Below are positions 26,076-38,400 of a DNA stretch of 63,877 bases, piece by piece. Each line of letters begins with the position of its first letter. The first letter of the stretch is position 1. This stretch comes from Malacoraja senta. Its lineage: Eukaryota. The notes under the pieces are model-generated. The model searched no databases, was not told where the DNA came from, and was given only the letters and a program-made list of their open reading frames with translations. The position numbers were made by a program, and so were the translations under genes. The DNA lies in assembly GCA_038087875.1 (NCBI GenBank), contig CM075994.1, forward strand, positions 2,854,124 to 2,918,000. The letters run 5' to 3'.

Positions 26076-27040
26076 CATGTATATTAATGATTTGCATGAA
26101 GGGATTGAAGGCTTTGTGGCCAAGATTGTGGATGATACGAAAATAGGTGGAAGGGTAGGTAGTGTAGGGAAAGCAGGGACTCTGCAGAAGGACTTAGAAA
26201 AGATTGGAAGAGTGGGCAGAGAAGTGGCAGATGGAATATAGTGCAACAAAGTGTGGAGTCACGCATTTTGGTAGTAGGAATAAAGGCGTAGACTATTTTC
26301 TAAATAGGGAGAGAATCCAGAAATCGGAGGTGCAAAGGGACAGGATTGCTGGTGCAGGATTCCCAAGAAGTTAATCTGCAAGTCAAATCAGTAGTATAGA
26401 AAGCAAACTCAATGGTAGCATTTATTTTACGAGGGCTTGTGTACAAAAACAGAGATGTAATACTGAGGCTCTATAAGGCGCTGGTAAGGCCGCATTTGTG
26501 AGCAATTTTGGGCACTATATCTGAGGAAGGATGTGCTGGCTCTGGAGAGGGTCCAGAGGAGGTTTACAAGAATGATCCCAGGAATGAGTAGGTTAACCTA
26601 CGATGAGTGTTTGTCTGCACTGGGCCTGTACTCGCTAGTGTTTAGAAGAATGAGGGGGGACTCATTGAAACATACAGAATAGTGAAAGGCTTGGATAGAG
26701 TTGATGTGGTGAGGATGTTTCCACTAGTGGGAGAGTCTAGGACTAGAGGTCATTGCCTCAGAATTAAAGGATGTTCTTTTAGGAAGGAGATGAGGAGACA
26801 TTTCTTTGTCAGAGGGTGGTGAATCTGTAGAATTCTTTGCCACAGAAGGCTGTGGTGGCCAAGTCAGTGGATATTTTTGAGGCAGAGATAGATAGATTCT
26901 TGATTAGAACAGGTGTCAGAGATTATGGGGAGAAGGCAGGAGAATGGGGTTAGGAGGGAACGATAGATCAGCCATGATTGAATGGTGGAGTAGGCTTGAT
27001 GGGCTGAATGGCCTAATTCTACTATCATTTATGACCTTAT
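26076..27040 (+). mobile_element. CR1-like LINE 3' part nested in a SINE (SINE halves ~25915-26075 and ~27040-27130)
   Basis: [21 protein letters not shown] through the 3' UTR; SINE sequence resumes after the tail. Confidence 0.85.
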
Positions 27041-27702
27041 GATGTTTGTGGATTAGTTGGCCTCTGTAAATTGCCCCTCGTGTGTAGGGAGTGGAAGTAA
27101 AGGTGATATAACATAGAACTAGTGTGATCAATAGGAACCTGAGGGGTAACTTTTTTACACAAAGGGTGGTAGGTGTATTGAATGAGCTGTATTTACTGGA
27201 CTTTATCTTGCACTAAATGATATTTCATTTATCCTGTATCTGTACACTGTGGACAACTTGATTGTAATCATGTATAGTCCTTCTGCTGACTGGATAGCTC
27301 ACAACAAAAAAGCTTTTCACTGTACCTCGGTAAACGTTACAATAAATTAAACTAAACTAAACAAGTTGATAGACACAAAGTGCTGGAGTAACTCAGCGGG
27401 TCAGGTAGCATCTCTGGAGAAAGGGAATAGATGACTTTTCGGGTTGGAACCCTTATTGAGACTTCTAAACTATGGGAATGCACTCATCATGGGTAATATA
27501 TATTAAACAAATAAAAGTACATTAATAACCATTTACCATGGAATGGATAAGGTAATTGGACAGTGTATTTTACCCAGAGTAGGGGAATCAAGAACCAGAG
27601 GACATAGAGAGGGGAACAATTGAATAGGAACCCAAAGGGCAACTATTTCACACAAAGGGTGGTTGGTATATGGAACGACCTGCCAGAGGAGGTAGTTGAG
27701 GT

Positions 27703-28142
27703 CAAGAGTCAAGAGTGTTTTATTGTCATATGTCCCAGATAGAACAATTAAATTCTTACTTGCAGCAGCATAACAGAATATGCAAACATAGTAAACAATA
27801 TAATAAACGAGAAAAAAAGTTCAGTATATGTATATATCCTACATATGCACACATATACATCCATACACACACATACATATAAAAAAACAAACTAACAATA
27901 ATAATGCAAAAAGACAAAACCAATGCCCCCAAGTCTATGTTGTTCAGAGCTTATTTGGAGGTTGTCGAGTTTAATAGCCTGATGGTTGTAGGGAAGAAGC
28001 TGTTCCTGAACCTGGACGTTAGTTTTCAGGTTATTGTACATTCTTCCCGATGGCAGGGGTGAAATGAGTGTGAGGCCAGGATGGTCTGGGTGTCTGGTGA
28101 TGCTGGCTGCCTTTTTGAGGCAGCGACTCCTGTAAATCCCTT
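27703..28142 (-). mobile_element. Rex1/Babar LINE 3' fragment nested in a CR1 tail
   Basis: YRSRCLKKAASITRHP; (tcaagag)n tail; CR1 tail on both sides (27545-27700, 28150-28270). Confidence 0.75.
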
Positions 28143-28269
28143 GACATTCGGACAAGTACATTGATAGGAAAGGTTTAGAAGTATAGGGCCAAACGCAGGT
28201 AGATGGGGCATATTGGAGGGTGTGGGGAGGTTGGGCTGAGGGGGCGTTTCACTCTGTATGACTCTATGA

Positions 28270-28412
28270 GACTTGCCTAGAGACGGCGACGCGACATCAC
28301 TCGCTGTTTCCGCCCACAGCTGGCGCACGCGCACGCGCAGTAGCGCAGGTTCGGCTCGTTTTAACGGTCGGTGTTTGAATCGTCGGTTCCTTCCCGCGGG
28401 TGGGCCCGCGCT

Positions 28413-28449
<37 letters not shown>

Positions 28450-28585
28450 CGGCTGGTGGGCCAGCCCGCGCGCGGAGAGAGGGCGACGGTGGGCCCGCGC
28501 GCGCAGAGAAGGAGGAGGCCGGCAGCTCTCGGTCGGGGAAAACAAGGACGGCAGGCACCGTGTGTTGCACCGGGCTGGGGCTCGG
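28270..28585 (+). promoter_or_regulatory. HYLS1: CpG-island promoter and probable non-coding first exon of HYLS1
   Basis: Dense CpG; X-box-like CTTGCCTAGAGAC 28272, NRF1-like GCGCACGCGC 28323, Myb-like TAACGG 28362, CHR-like TTTGAA 28374; donor CGG|gtgaga at 28585/28586. Confidence 0.65.
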
Positions 28586-28859
28586 GTGAGATCTTAGCAC
28601 CGTGTGTTTGGTGGTATTAGAAGGTGGTTTTGATGGAGTGCAGGTGTTTGTAGCTGAGTATCGGTAGTCACGGCGGTTGGGGAGAGGTTGCAATGGCGAT
28701 AATTAAAAGGAAAATAAACGTGCTGGAGGAGCTCAGCTGGTCAGGCAGCATCTATGGAGAGAAACACAAACATTTAAAGTCTGTAGAAATGCCCCGACCG
28801 GAATGGTCGCCGATACAAGTACTATGTTTCAGTTGTGCTGCTGCAAGTAAGAATTTCAG

Positions 28860-30945
28860 GTGAGACAGGGGTGAGGGAAAAAGAGGAGGTGGGGGTTGCG
28901 TTGTTGGTGAAGGAGGATGTCACGGCTGTGGTAAGAGGTGACATTATGGATGATTCGTCTAGTGAGGCTTATGGGTGAAGCTGAGGAACAAAAAAAGGGA
29001 TGATCACCTTGTTGCGGGTGTACTACAGACCCCCGAATAGTCAACGGGAATTAGAACAAATGTGACGGGAGATTGCAGACTGCTGCAGGTCAAATAAGGT
29101 TGTAGTAGGGGATTTTAACTTTCCCAATATAGACTGGGAAAATCATAGTGTGAAGGGTTCAGATGGGGTGCAATTCCTCAAAAGTGTTCAGGAGAGTTTT
29201 CTTAAGCAGTATGTGGAGGCCCCCCGCACGTGAGAGTATTGGGAAATTGGGAAGGACAAGTTAATGAAGTGTGTGTGGAGGTGCCTTTTGGGACCAGTGA
29301 CTAGGTTTAAGATAGTTATGGATAGGGACGGAGAGGGACCACGTGTTAAAATGGTCAACTGGGGTAAGGCCAACTTGAGGGTATGAGAGAAGGTCTCGCT
29401 CAAGTTGACTGGATCAAGCTCGGGATGTGTACGTCCCCGTTACAGTGAAGGACAAAGCAGGCACACGTAAGGAAGCTTGGCTGAAGAGGGAGATTAAGAC
29501 GTTAGTCAAAAACAAGAAGGATGCATGGGACAGGTATAGGCAGCAGGGGTCAAGTGCATCCCTGGAGGAGTTTTGGGAACTAAGGAGTAAACTAAAAAAG
29601 GAAATCAGAAGGGAAAAAAGGGGCCAGGAGATAGCCTTGGGGGTAGCATTAAGGACAATATCAAAAGATTTTATAAATACATGTGGGAAAAGGGTAACTA
29701 GAGAGAGAGTGGGACCTCAGGAATCAAAGTGGTCACCTCTGTGTGGAGCCACAAGAGATGGGCAAGATCCTAAATGAGTATTTCTCCTCTGTATTTATTG
29801 AGGAGAAATACAATAGTATGGAGGAAATTGGAGCAATCACTGGAAGTGTTGAGAGCAGTCAGGGTTACTGTCGAAGAAGTACTGAAGGTACTGTCGTGTT
29901 TGAAGGTAGACAAATCTCATGGGCCTGATCTGATATATCCGAGGACATTGTGGGGAAACTAGAAAGGAAATTGCGTGAGCCCTGGTTGAAATCTTTGAGT
30001 CGTCGGAAGACTGGAGGGTGGCAAATGTACCTCTTTTCAAGAAGGGCTGCAGGGAAAATGCTGGGAACTATAGGCTGGTGAGCTTAACATCTGTAGTTGG
30101 TAAGTTACAGGAGAGTATTCTGAGGGATAGGATATACAGGCATTTGGATGGGCAAGGGCTGATTAGGGATAGTCAGCATGGTTTTGTACGTGGGAGGTCG
30201 TGTCTCTCAAATTTGATTAATTTTTTTTAAGACGTGACCAAAAAGGTTGATGAGGGCAGAGCTGTACATGTTGTGTACATGGACTTCAGTAAGGCGTTTG
30301 ACAAGGTTCTGCATGGTAGGCTGCTCTGGAAGGTTAGATCTCATGGGATCCAAGGAGAGAGAGATAGCTGAATGGATAGCAAATTGGATCCATGGACGGA
30401 AGCGGAGGGTAATGGTGGAAGGTTGCTTCTCAGACTGGATGCCTGTGACTAGTGGTGTGCCTCGGGGTTCGGTGCTGTGCCCGTTACTATTTGTCATCTA
30501 CATCAATGATTTGGATGAGAACATACAGGGCAAGATTAGTATGGATCTCTATTCCATGGAGCGCAGGATGTTGAGGGGAGATCTTATAGCGGTATACAAA
30601 ATCATGAGAGGAATAGTTTAGGTAGATGCACAGAGTCTTTTGCCCAGAGTAGGGGAATCGAGGACCAGAGGACATAGGTTCAAGGTGAAGGGGAAAGATT
30701 AATAGGAATCTGAGATGTAACTTTTTCACACAAAGGGCGGTGGGTGTATGGAACAAGCTGCCAGAGGAGGTCGTTGAGGCTGGGACTATCCCATCATTTA
30801 AGAAACAGTTAGACAGGTACTTGGATTGGACAGGTTTGGAGGGATATGGACCAAGTGCAGGCAAGTGGGAGTAGTGTAGCTGGGACATTGTTGGCTGGTG
30901 TGGGCCGAAGGGCCTGTTTCCACACTGTATCACTCTATGGCTCTA
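28860..30945 (+). mobile_element. CR1-like LINE (endonuclease to 3' end, internally deleted, decayed)
   Basis: [52 protein letters not shown]. Confidence 0.9.
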
Positions 30946-31275
30946 ACTACGGATTCTGGTTTATGCCGAAGATAGACACAAAGTGCTGGAGCAACTCGGG
31001 CAGCATCTCTGGAGAGAAGGAATAGGTGACAGTCAGGGGAGAGGGAACCGAGAGATATGAAAAGCTACATAGAATAAATTAATGAAAGATATGCAAAAAG
31101 ACAGAACAGAGGGGGTGCAGTGAGATAGGGCGTTGCAGAACCTTAATACACAAAAGGACACAAAGTGCTGGAGAAGTTCAGCGGGTCAGGCAGCATCTCT
31201 GAAGAACTTGGATAGCACAGCAAATGTTCTCTGCAGGCGTGAGCTACTCGAGCACTTTGTGTCTTTATATTTTAG

Positions 31276-31355
31276 GAGGTGGTTATAGCTGGGTGTCGGT
31301 TGTCATGGCAGTGACAGTGAGGTTGTAATGGCGATAATGTATTAAAAATGTAAAG
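31276..31355 (+). other. HYLS1: Candidate 5' UTR exon of HYLS1
   Basis: Acceptor ttatattttag and donor AAG|gtgagt; lies between promoter and first coding exon; contains short uORFs. Confidence 0.4.
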
Positions 31356-32364
31356 GTGAGTGCTGCAGGAGTCCTTATCTTTCCTTTTTGCTGGAGGATC
31401 TCAGCTGGTCAGGCAGCATCTGTGGAGAGAAGCACAAAATACTAGAGTCTGCAGAAGGGTCCCAACCTGAAAGGTCGCCTATTCATTCCCTCCAGAGACG
31501 CTATCTGGCCCGCTGAGGTACTCCAGCACTTTGTGTTTTGCTCAAGATTCCAGCATCTGTAGTTCCTTGTTTCGCAATGTGTGGAGGAAAAGGATTGACG
31601 ATGTTTTGGGTCGAGATCCTCCTTCGCTGTTTTCACCACAACCCTCCCTCCCCATCTCCAATATTGAACAATCACTTCAGCAGAGGTCTTGCCTTCATAC
31701 ACCTGTGCCACACTTCAACGAGTTCAAGCCAGGCATGATGTCAAGCTTTTTCTGTTGCTTCGGGGCATATTTCTCCGGCAAGGAGCCCCCTTTCTCCCGT
31801 ATCTAACTGTCCTCTTGTACTCCCATTGCCTGCCTTCTACCTTCTCTCGATCTTTTCCTCTCTAACTGCCCCCTTACCCACCCCCAATCTCGCACATTTC
31901 GAACGTGCAGCTCTCTGCTCTTTCAGTGACGATCCCAGTATTGTCATTGAGGGGTGAAAAGGGAGGTGCCATTTATAGTAAGAATATTTCAGACATTAAT
32001 TTGTTTTGGGATATATAAAGGATTCTAAAGATCATAACAATGTACAATATTATTTCCATAAAATGAATAGAGTTAAGTTTTGGGGCAATCAAGGCATTTA
32101 AAAGCATTTAATTTGAAATGAGGGTTTAAATGATTTGCTGCAGCTTCAGTGGCTACTCAAAATGTAATCCGTATTTATACATTATTTTATCAGTATAAAT
32201 AATATAGTGTCCTGATATGTCAGCTGTTTCTTTCTGGAGATGTAACCACTGTTTTGTTTTAAATTTATTTAAAATGTTTTCACAATAATTGACCTTGTTC
32301 TATATTCTCTGAAAATACATCAGTAAAATTCGGCAACAGTCTAAACATTTTTGTTTCTGCAGTA

Positions 32365-32464
32365 ATGGCAGGACTTAATTTCACTGATCAAGATATTCAA
32401 GAGCAATTGAGTTTGTTGGGCTACCACAATGTCCCACAACATCAACTTTGTGAGTTCAGAAAAG
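32365..32464 (+). CDS. HYLS1: HYLS1 coding exon 1
   Basis: ttctgcag|[39 protein letters not shown]|gtaag. Confidence 0.92.
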
Positions 32465-35400
32465 GTAAGAAGTTGCATTACACTGATATGTATTTGTATT
32501 AAATAACTATGTATTCCATGAGCAAACTGTTTTACACCCTTAGAGATTCACCGCTACTGGATGGGTTTTTACTTTTAATTCTTTCCTGAAGAAGGAGATA
32601 ATTAATGGAATATTGCAAATTATATAATCTTGACCAAGTGGACCATTTTGAACTGACCAACCCTGTTTAAACCAGGCTGAAGAAGTTGAAGTAGAAGAAC
32701 ATATGAGTGCCTGTTCCTAAGATTGAGCACTATGTAGTACATCTTCTAAGAAAGTAATGGAACGTAACAGCTATCAGGACATCTTACTTAATGAAGAACT
32801 CCAAGTTCAATATCAACATTCCTAAGTTTTTCTCCTTCAGCAAATTCTCAAACATCTTTATTAGTATTGATTGATTATTGCTTTAAGATAAACTAATGGC
32901 TATGAAGACAACATAGTAATATCTAATGAATAGTTCCGTCGAATAATGACCATGGTTAAATGCATTAATGCTGTTTTGTTTTTCCAGATCTGGAAGAACT
33001 GATCAAGCATGAGAGTTCAAAGAGTCAAGGCTCCAGTAAAGCCAGTTCAGAATCATGTGGTACTGTAAAGCCGTTAAATTATTTTTGCAATATTTTTGAT
33101 AAAACAACTTGTCAATCAAAGTGGGATAAAGCAAGTCAAATGTAAGCAGTGAAACCGTCTCAATCTGCATTTTTAATCTCAACTCTATATGGGAGAATCA
33201 AAAGTTGGGAGGACTTCTTTGAGCCATCAATATTTGTGGCTTTGGGGAGATATGAATGGTGATTCAATCAAGTAGACTTGATGGGCTGAATTCTGCTGAT
33301 ATCACTTGAACATGCTCAATTAAAAAAAAAAAAATCTTAATTTATTATTGCAAACCCCAGTCCCTTGCAGACATTCCTTTCCACAAAATGAATGGGATTG
33401 CACCATGTGCCACAATGCTGAATAACTCTCTTATGTACCGTACATACAAAAACACATTGTTGTTGGTAAAGAAATGTCAGTAGTTCACCAACTTTTTAAA
33501 AATCATTCTTTGGGATATTAATTTGTGACCATTATTTCTTGTCTCAGCCAAATTCACGTCATGTGAATAGCTTAATATCATCAATACTATAGTAATTCAC
33601 ATACATTTTACAAAAAAAGTAAATGTAACTATTGATCCGTTGTACCTACACAGAATACAATTAAACCAATACAAAGCATGTTAATTACAATGATTATTGG
33701 GCCAGAAAAAGCAAGTTTAAAGCAAAGTATCAATTATCGATGAATTTTACCTGTAAAATGTTATATTCCTTACAAGAAATAATTAGTTTTTCTGTTTCCA
33801 TGGCTAAAAATGTTGTATTCTTCTGAAGTTTCCCTCTATTGTGTTTGAAGATTAGAACGTATCAGGATTTACTGTATTTAAATTCACTAAGTGGTAAATG
33901 TTTGTGAAGGATGCTGCTTTTTAAAAAAAATGTGATATGGTATTTTCCTATCAAGATATACAGATGAAAAATAGTTCCACACAACAGCCCATTTTAGCAA
34001 CCCAACCTAATGATCGACGAGAGTTCAACTCTGAAAAAGAGAATCGGGTGAGTAGAATATTGTTTTCTAAATGATGGAGAACTGGAGAGAGGCTATAGCT
34101 AAAGATTTTGTCACGGTCAAAAAAACTGAATATAATATTTTGATGTAATTGGGCCGTTTTTGAAATGGAGACCATTTAAGAGAAATTAGTTAAAACAATT
34201 TCTCTAAAGTGTCACGAGTCATTGGAACTTCATGAAAGAGCAATAGAAGCAGAAATTTTGAATATTTTTGAATAATATTGTTTTTTGATAAATGATTGTT
34301 TAGAGCAGGGTCGTACAGGAGGTTACAGTCGGGTCACCCATGATCGAGGGCTTTAGAACCCAGATGACCTACTACTTAGTCATGGCAATATACAGCACAG
34401 AAACGCCCTTTGGCCCAACTTGGCCTTGCCATCCAAGTTGCTTAACGAAGCTAGTCCCACTTGCTTGAGTCTGGCCCATATTCCTCCAAACCTTTCCTAT
34501 ACATGGACCAGCAATGGCAAGAATTTCTGGGAATAATTTGGAAGATGCAGGGTCTTTTCATTCCAAAGAGGAAGAAAGATTCTAGGGGGAGAATGAGGTG
34601 ACCATGGCTGACGAGATATCAAGTACAGTATAAAACTAAAAGAGAAGGCATATAACATTGCAAAGATTAGTGGGAAGCCAGAGGATTGGGAGGCTTTTAA
34701 AGAACAGAAGGTAACTAAAAAGTCAATATGGGGAGAAAAGATGAAATACGAAGGTAAGCTAGCTTATAATATAGAAGAGGAGAGCAAGAGTTTCTTCAGT
34801 TATATAAAAAGGCAAGAGTGGACGTTGGATCGCTGGAAAATGATGCAGGAGAAGTGATAATGGGGAATAAAGAAATGGCAGAGGAGTTGAATAACTTTTT
34901 TGCATCAGTCTTCACAGTGGAAGACACCAGCAATGTTCCTGAAATTCAAGAGAGTCAGGGTGTGGAAGTTAGTAGAGTGGCTATTACTAAGGAGAAGGTG
35001 CTTGGTAAGCTGAAAGGGCTGAAGGTGGATAAGTCATCTGGATCGGATGGACTGCACCCTAGGGTTCTGAAAGAGGTGGCTTCAGAGATTGTGGCGGCAT
35101 TAATAATGATATTTTAAGAATCACTAGAGTCAGGAGTGGTTCTGGACGATTGGAAAATTGCCATTATTACCCCCGTTGTACAAGAATGGAGCAAAGCAGA
35201 ATAGTGGGAACTATTCGTCTGACTTCAGTGGTTGGTAAGATTTTAGAGTCCACTATAAAGGATGAGGTTACGGAGTACTTAGAAGTACATGATAAAATAG
35301 GCTGACGTCAGCATGATTTTGTGAAGGGAAGATCTTGCTTGACGAATCTGCTGGAATTCTTTGAAGAAGTAAAATAGTAGGTCAGACAAAAGAGTCAGTG

Positions 35401-38400
35401 GACGTGGTTTACCTAGATTTTCAGAATGTCTCTGATAAGGTGCCATACGCGAGACTGCTAAGGAATTTGAGAGCCCATGGTATCAAAGGGTAGATACTAG
35501 CATGGATAGCAGGTTGGCTGGATGGCAGAAAGCAAAGAGTGGCAATAAATTTAGCTTTTTCTGGTTGGTTGCCAGTGACTAGTGGAGTTCTGTAGGGGTC
35601 GGTGCTGGGGCTGCTACTCTTCATGTATATATTAATGATTTGGATGAGGGGATTGAAGGCTTTGTGGCCAAGTTTGTGAATGATACGAAAATAGTCATGC
35701 ATTTTGGTAGTAGGAATAATAGTGTAGACTATTTTCTGAATGGGGAAAGAATCCAGAAATCAGAGGTGCAAAGGGACTTGGAGTGCTGGTGCAGGATTCC
35801 CAAAAAGTTAATCTGCAAGTCAAATCGGTAGTAAAGAAGGCAAACGCAATGCTAGCATTTATTTCAAGAGGGCTAGATACGAAATCAGGGATGTAATGCT
35901 AAGGCTCCATAAGGCGCTGGTCAGGCTGCATTTGGAGTATTGTGAGCAATTTTGGGCACCATATCTGAGGAAGGATGAGCTGGCCCTGGAGAGGTTCCAG
36001 AGGAGGTTAACAAAAATGATCCCAGGAATGAGTGGGTTAACTTATGATGACCGTTGATGACGGCACTGGGCCTGTACTCGCTGGAGTTTAGATGAATGGG
36101 GGTGGACCTCATTTTGAAACGTACTGAATAGTGAAAGGCTTGGTAGATTGGATGTGGAGGGGATGTTTCCACTAGTAGAGTCTAGGATTAGAGGTCATAG
36201 CCTCAGAATTAAAGGATGTTCCTTTAGGAAGATGAGAAGGAATTTCTTTTGTCAGAGGGTGGTGAATCTGTGGAATTATTTGCCACAGAAGGCTGTGGTG
36301 GCCAAGTCAATGGATATTTTAAAAGCAGAGAGAGATAGATTCTTGATTATTACGGGTGTCGGGGGTTATGGGGAGAAGGTTAGGAGGGAGAGTAGATCAA
36401 CCATGGTTGAATGGCGGAGTAGACTTGATAGACCAAATGGCCTAATTCTGCTCTTATTCCTTATGACCTGTCCAAATGCTTTTTAAATGTTGCAATTTAG
36501 TTTAGTTTAGAGATACAGTGCGGAAAGAAAACTGTATGTCTTTGGACTGTGGGAAGATACCGGAGAAAGCCCACGCGGTCACAGGGAGGACATACAACCT
36601 CTGTACAGACATCACCTGTAGTCAGGATCGAACCCCGGTCTCTAGCGCTGTAAGGCAGCAACTCTACTTCTGCGCCACCATGCTGCCCTCCATCGCTCCA
36701 TATTGTACAGCTTCTATCACTTCCTCTGATATTTTCCATATATGCAGCTCACTCTGGAAAAAGTTGCCCCTTGGTCTCTTAAGTCTTTTACCTCTCACCG
36801 ATGCCCTCTTTTACCTCTCACCGATGCCCTCTAGTTTAGCCTTCCCTACCATGGTGGGTGGGTGGGAGCGGCATGGGGGTCTCGCTACTCATTTTCTCTT
36901 TGTCTCTTGTGATTTTATAAAAAATCTATACGGTCACCCCTTGGCTTCTGGGCAGTGGGCAGGTGCTGTAGACCTGCATGGGAAGGTAGACGCTCCCGCC
37001 CCTACGAGTCTCTGGCAGATGGGGCTCGTCAGCCTCCCATCTAGGAGAGGGAAAACTATGATTTAAAACCTCCACTGCCTTGTGGCCATATCCAGTCATG
37101 GAAAAGGCTCTAGGAGTAAACCTCAAGAAAATCCGTAGTCGGAGCCCCTAAGGCAGTTCGTCGTTGTTTACAACCTCGCTCTGGCAGCTTCTGCGACGGC
37201 GCTGGTGCCAAACTGTAACGGCCCTGCTGTTCCCTTGGATCGATCAGTGACGTGGAGAGGGGGGGACGTGCTGCATGGGCAACAGCCTGTCCTCCATATG
37301 ACATCGCCCAGGCTTGCATCCGACCAGTATGCATCACCCATGGTCAGTCATGATTGAGGAGGGCCTACTATACCCCTTGGCCACCTATGCTTCTAGGAAA
37401 AAGGTCCAAGCTTATCGAGCCTCTCTTTATAACTCAAACTCTCCAGACTCGGTAACATCACTGTTACTTGTATCTTAACACGGTCGAAATGAGTCAGCTT
37501 GTTGGGATTATCTCCTGAGATCTAAATTAATCCACGGAACCTGAGTTCAATGACTTGCCTATGAAATGGTTGTGCATAAATTATCATTTAAATTGGTATA
37601 TTCTTTGATGTTTATAGATTTCATATAAGAGGGAGATTTTCCAAGGTTTTCCTACAGAATTTCATCAGTGTGACACATACAGCAGATATACAGTGGCACC
37701 AAACCTGTTCAGAAGCACATCAGCACCGTCAAAGTTAATTCTTCAGAATAGCCCTGATCAAGAGAGTGATATCAGTCAGATGCAATCTGAGAACAGTGGG
37801 ACGAGCAGCCCTGAAAACACCAGGAAACCGATTATTAAGAGAAAAGTGTTAAGGTATGTAAGCTGACAATGATTTTGTATGAAGACTAAATAAGTTAACC
37901 ACATTTTCTAACTAAATTGAAGTGTTGAAATAATCCTTTAATCCTGAATTTCAATAAGTCACAACATATTTTTAAGCATGCTGTTCTGAATAACCTGTAA
38001 TGAAATTGAGGAATCTTAAGTCACTACACTTTTCTTTGTTTCCTGTAAACAAATTAAAAACATGTTGCATATTATATCCTTGGTAAATATTTATTTGAAT
38101 TTTTGAATTTATAATGCATTTTGTAAATGTCAATTTTTTGCTTTTGTAAATTTAGTAAATTTAGACCAACATTAATCCTGTTTAATTATCAGGGATTTTC
38201 TCCTGTTGGGACTGTTTGATTTTTCCTTACCTCTCTTGAAGATAATTAAGCCACAACACAATTCTAGAGAAAAAAAACTGCTGCAGGAACTCAGTCGGAC
38301 AGGATGATGCCTGACCCACTGAGTTTCTCCAGCATTTTGTCTCTTACTCTAGATTCCAGCATTTGCAGTTTCTGGTGTCTCCAACACAATTCTAGACTTT

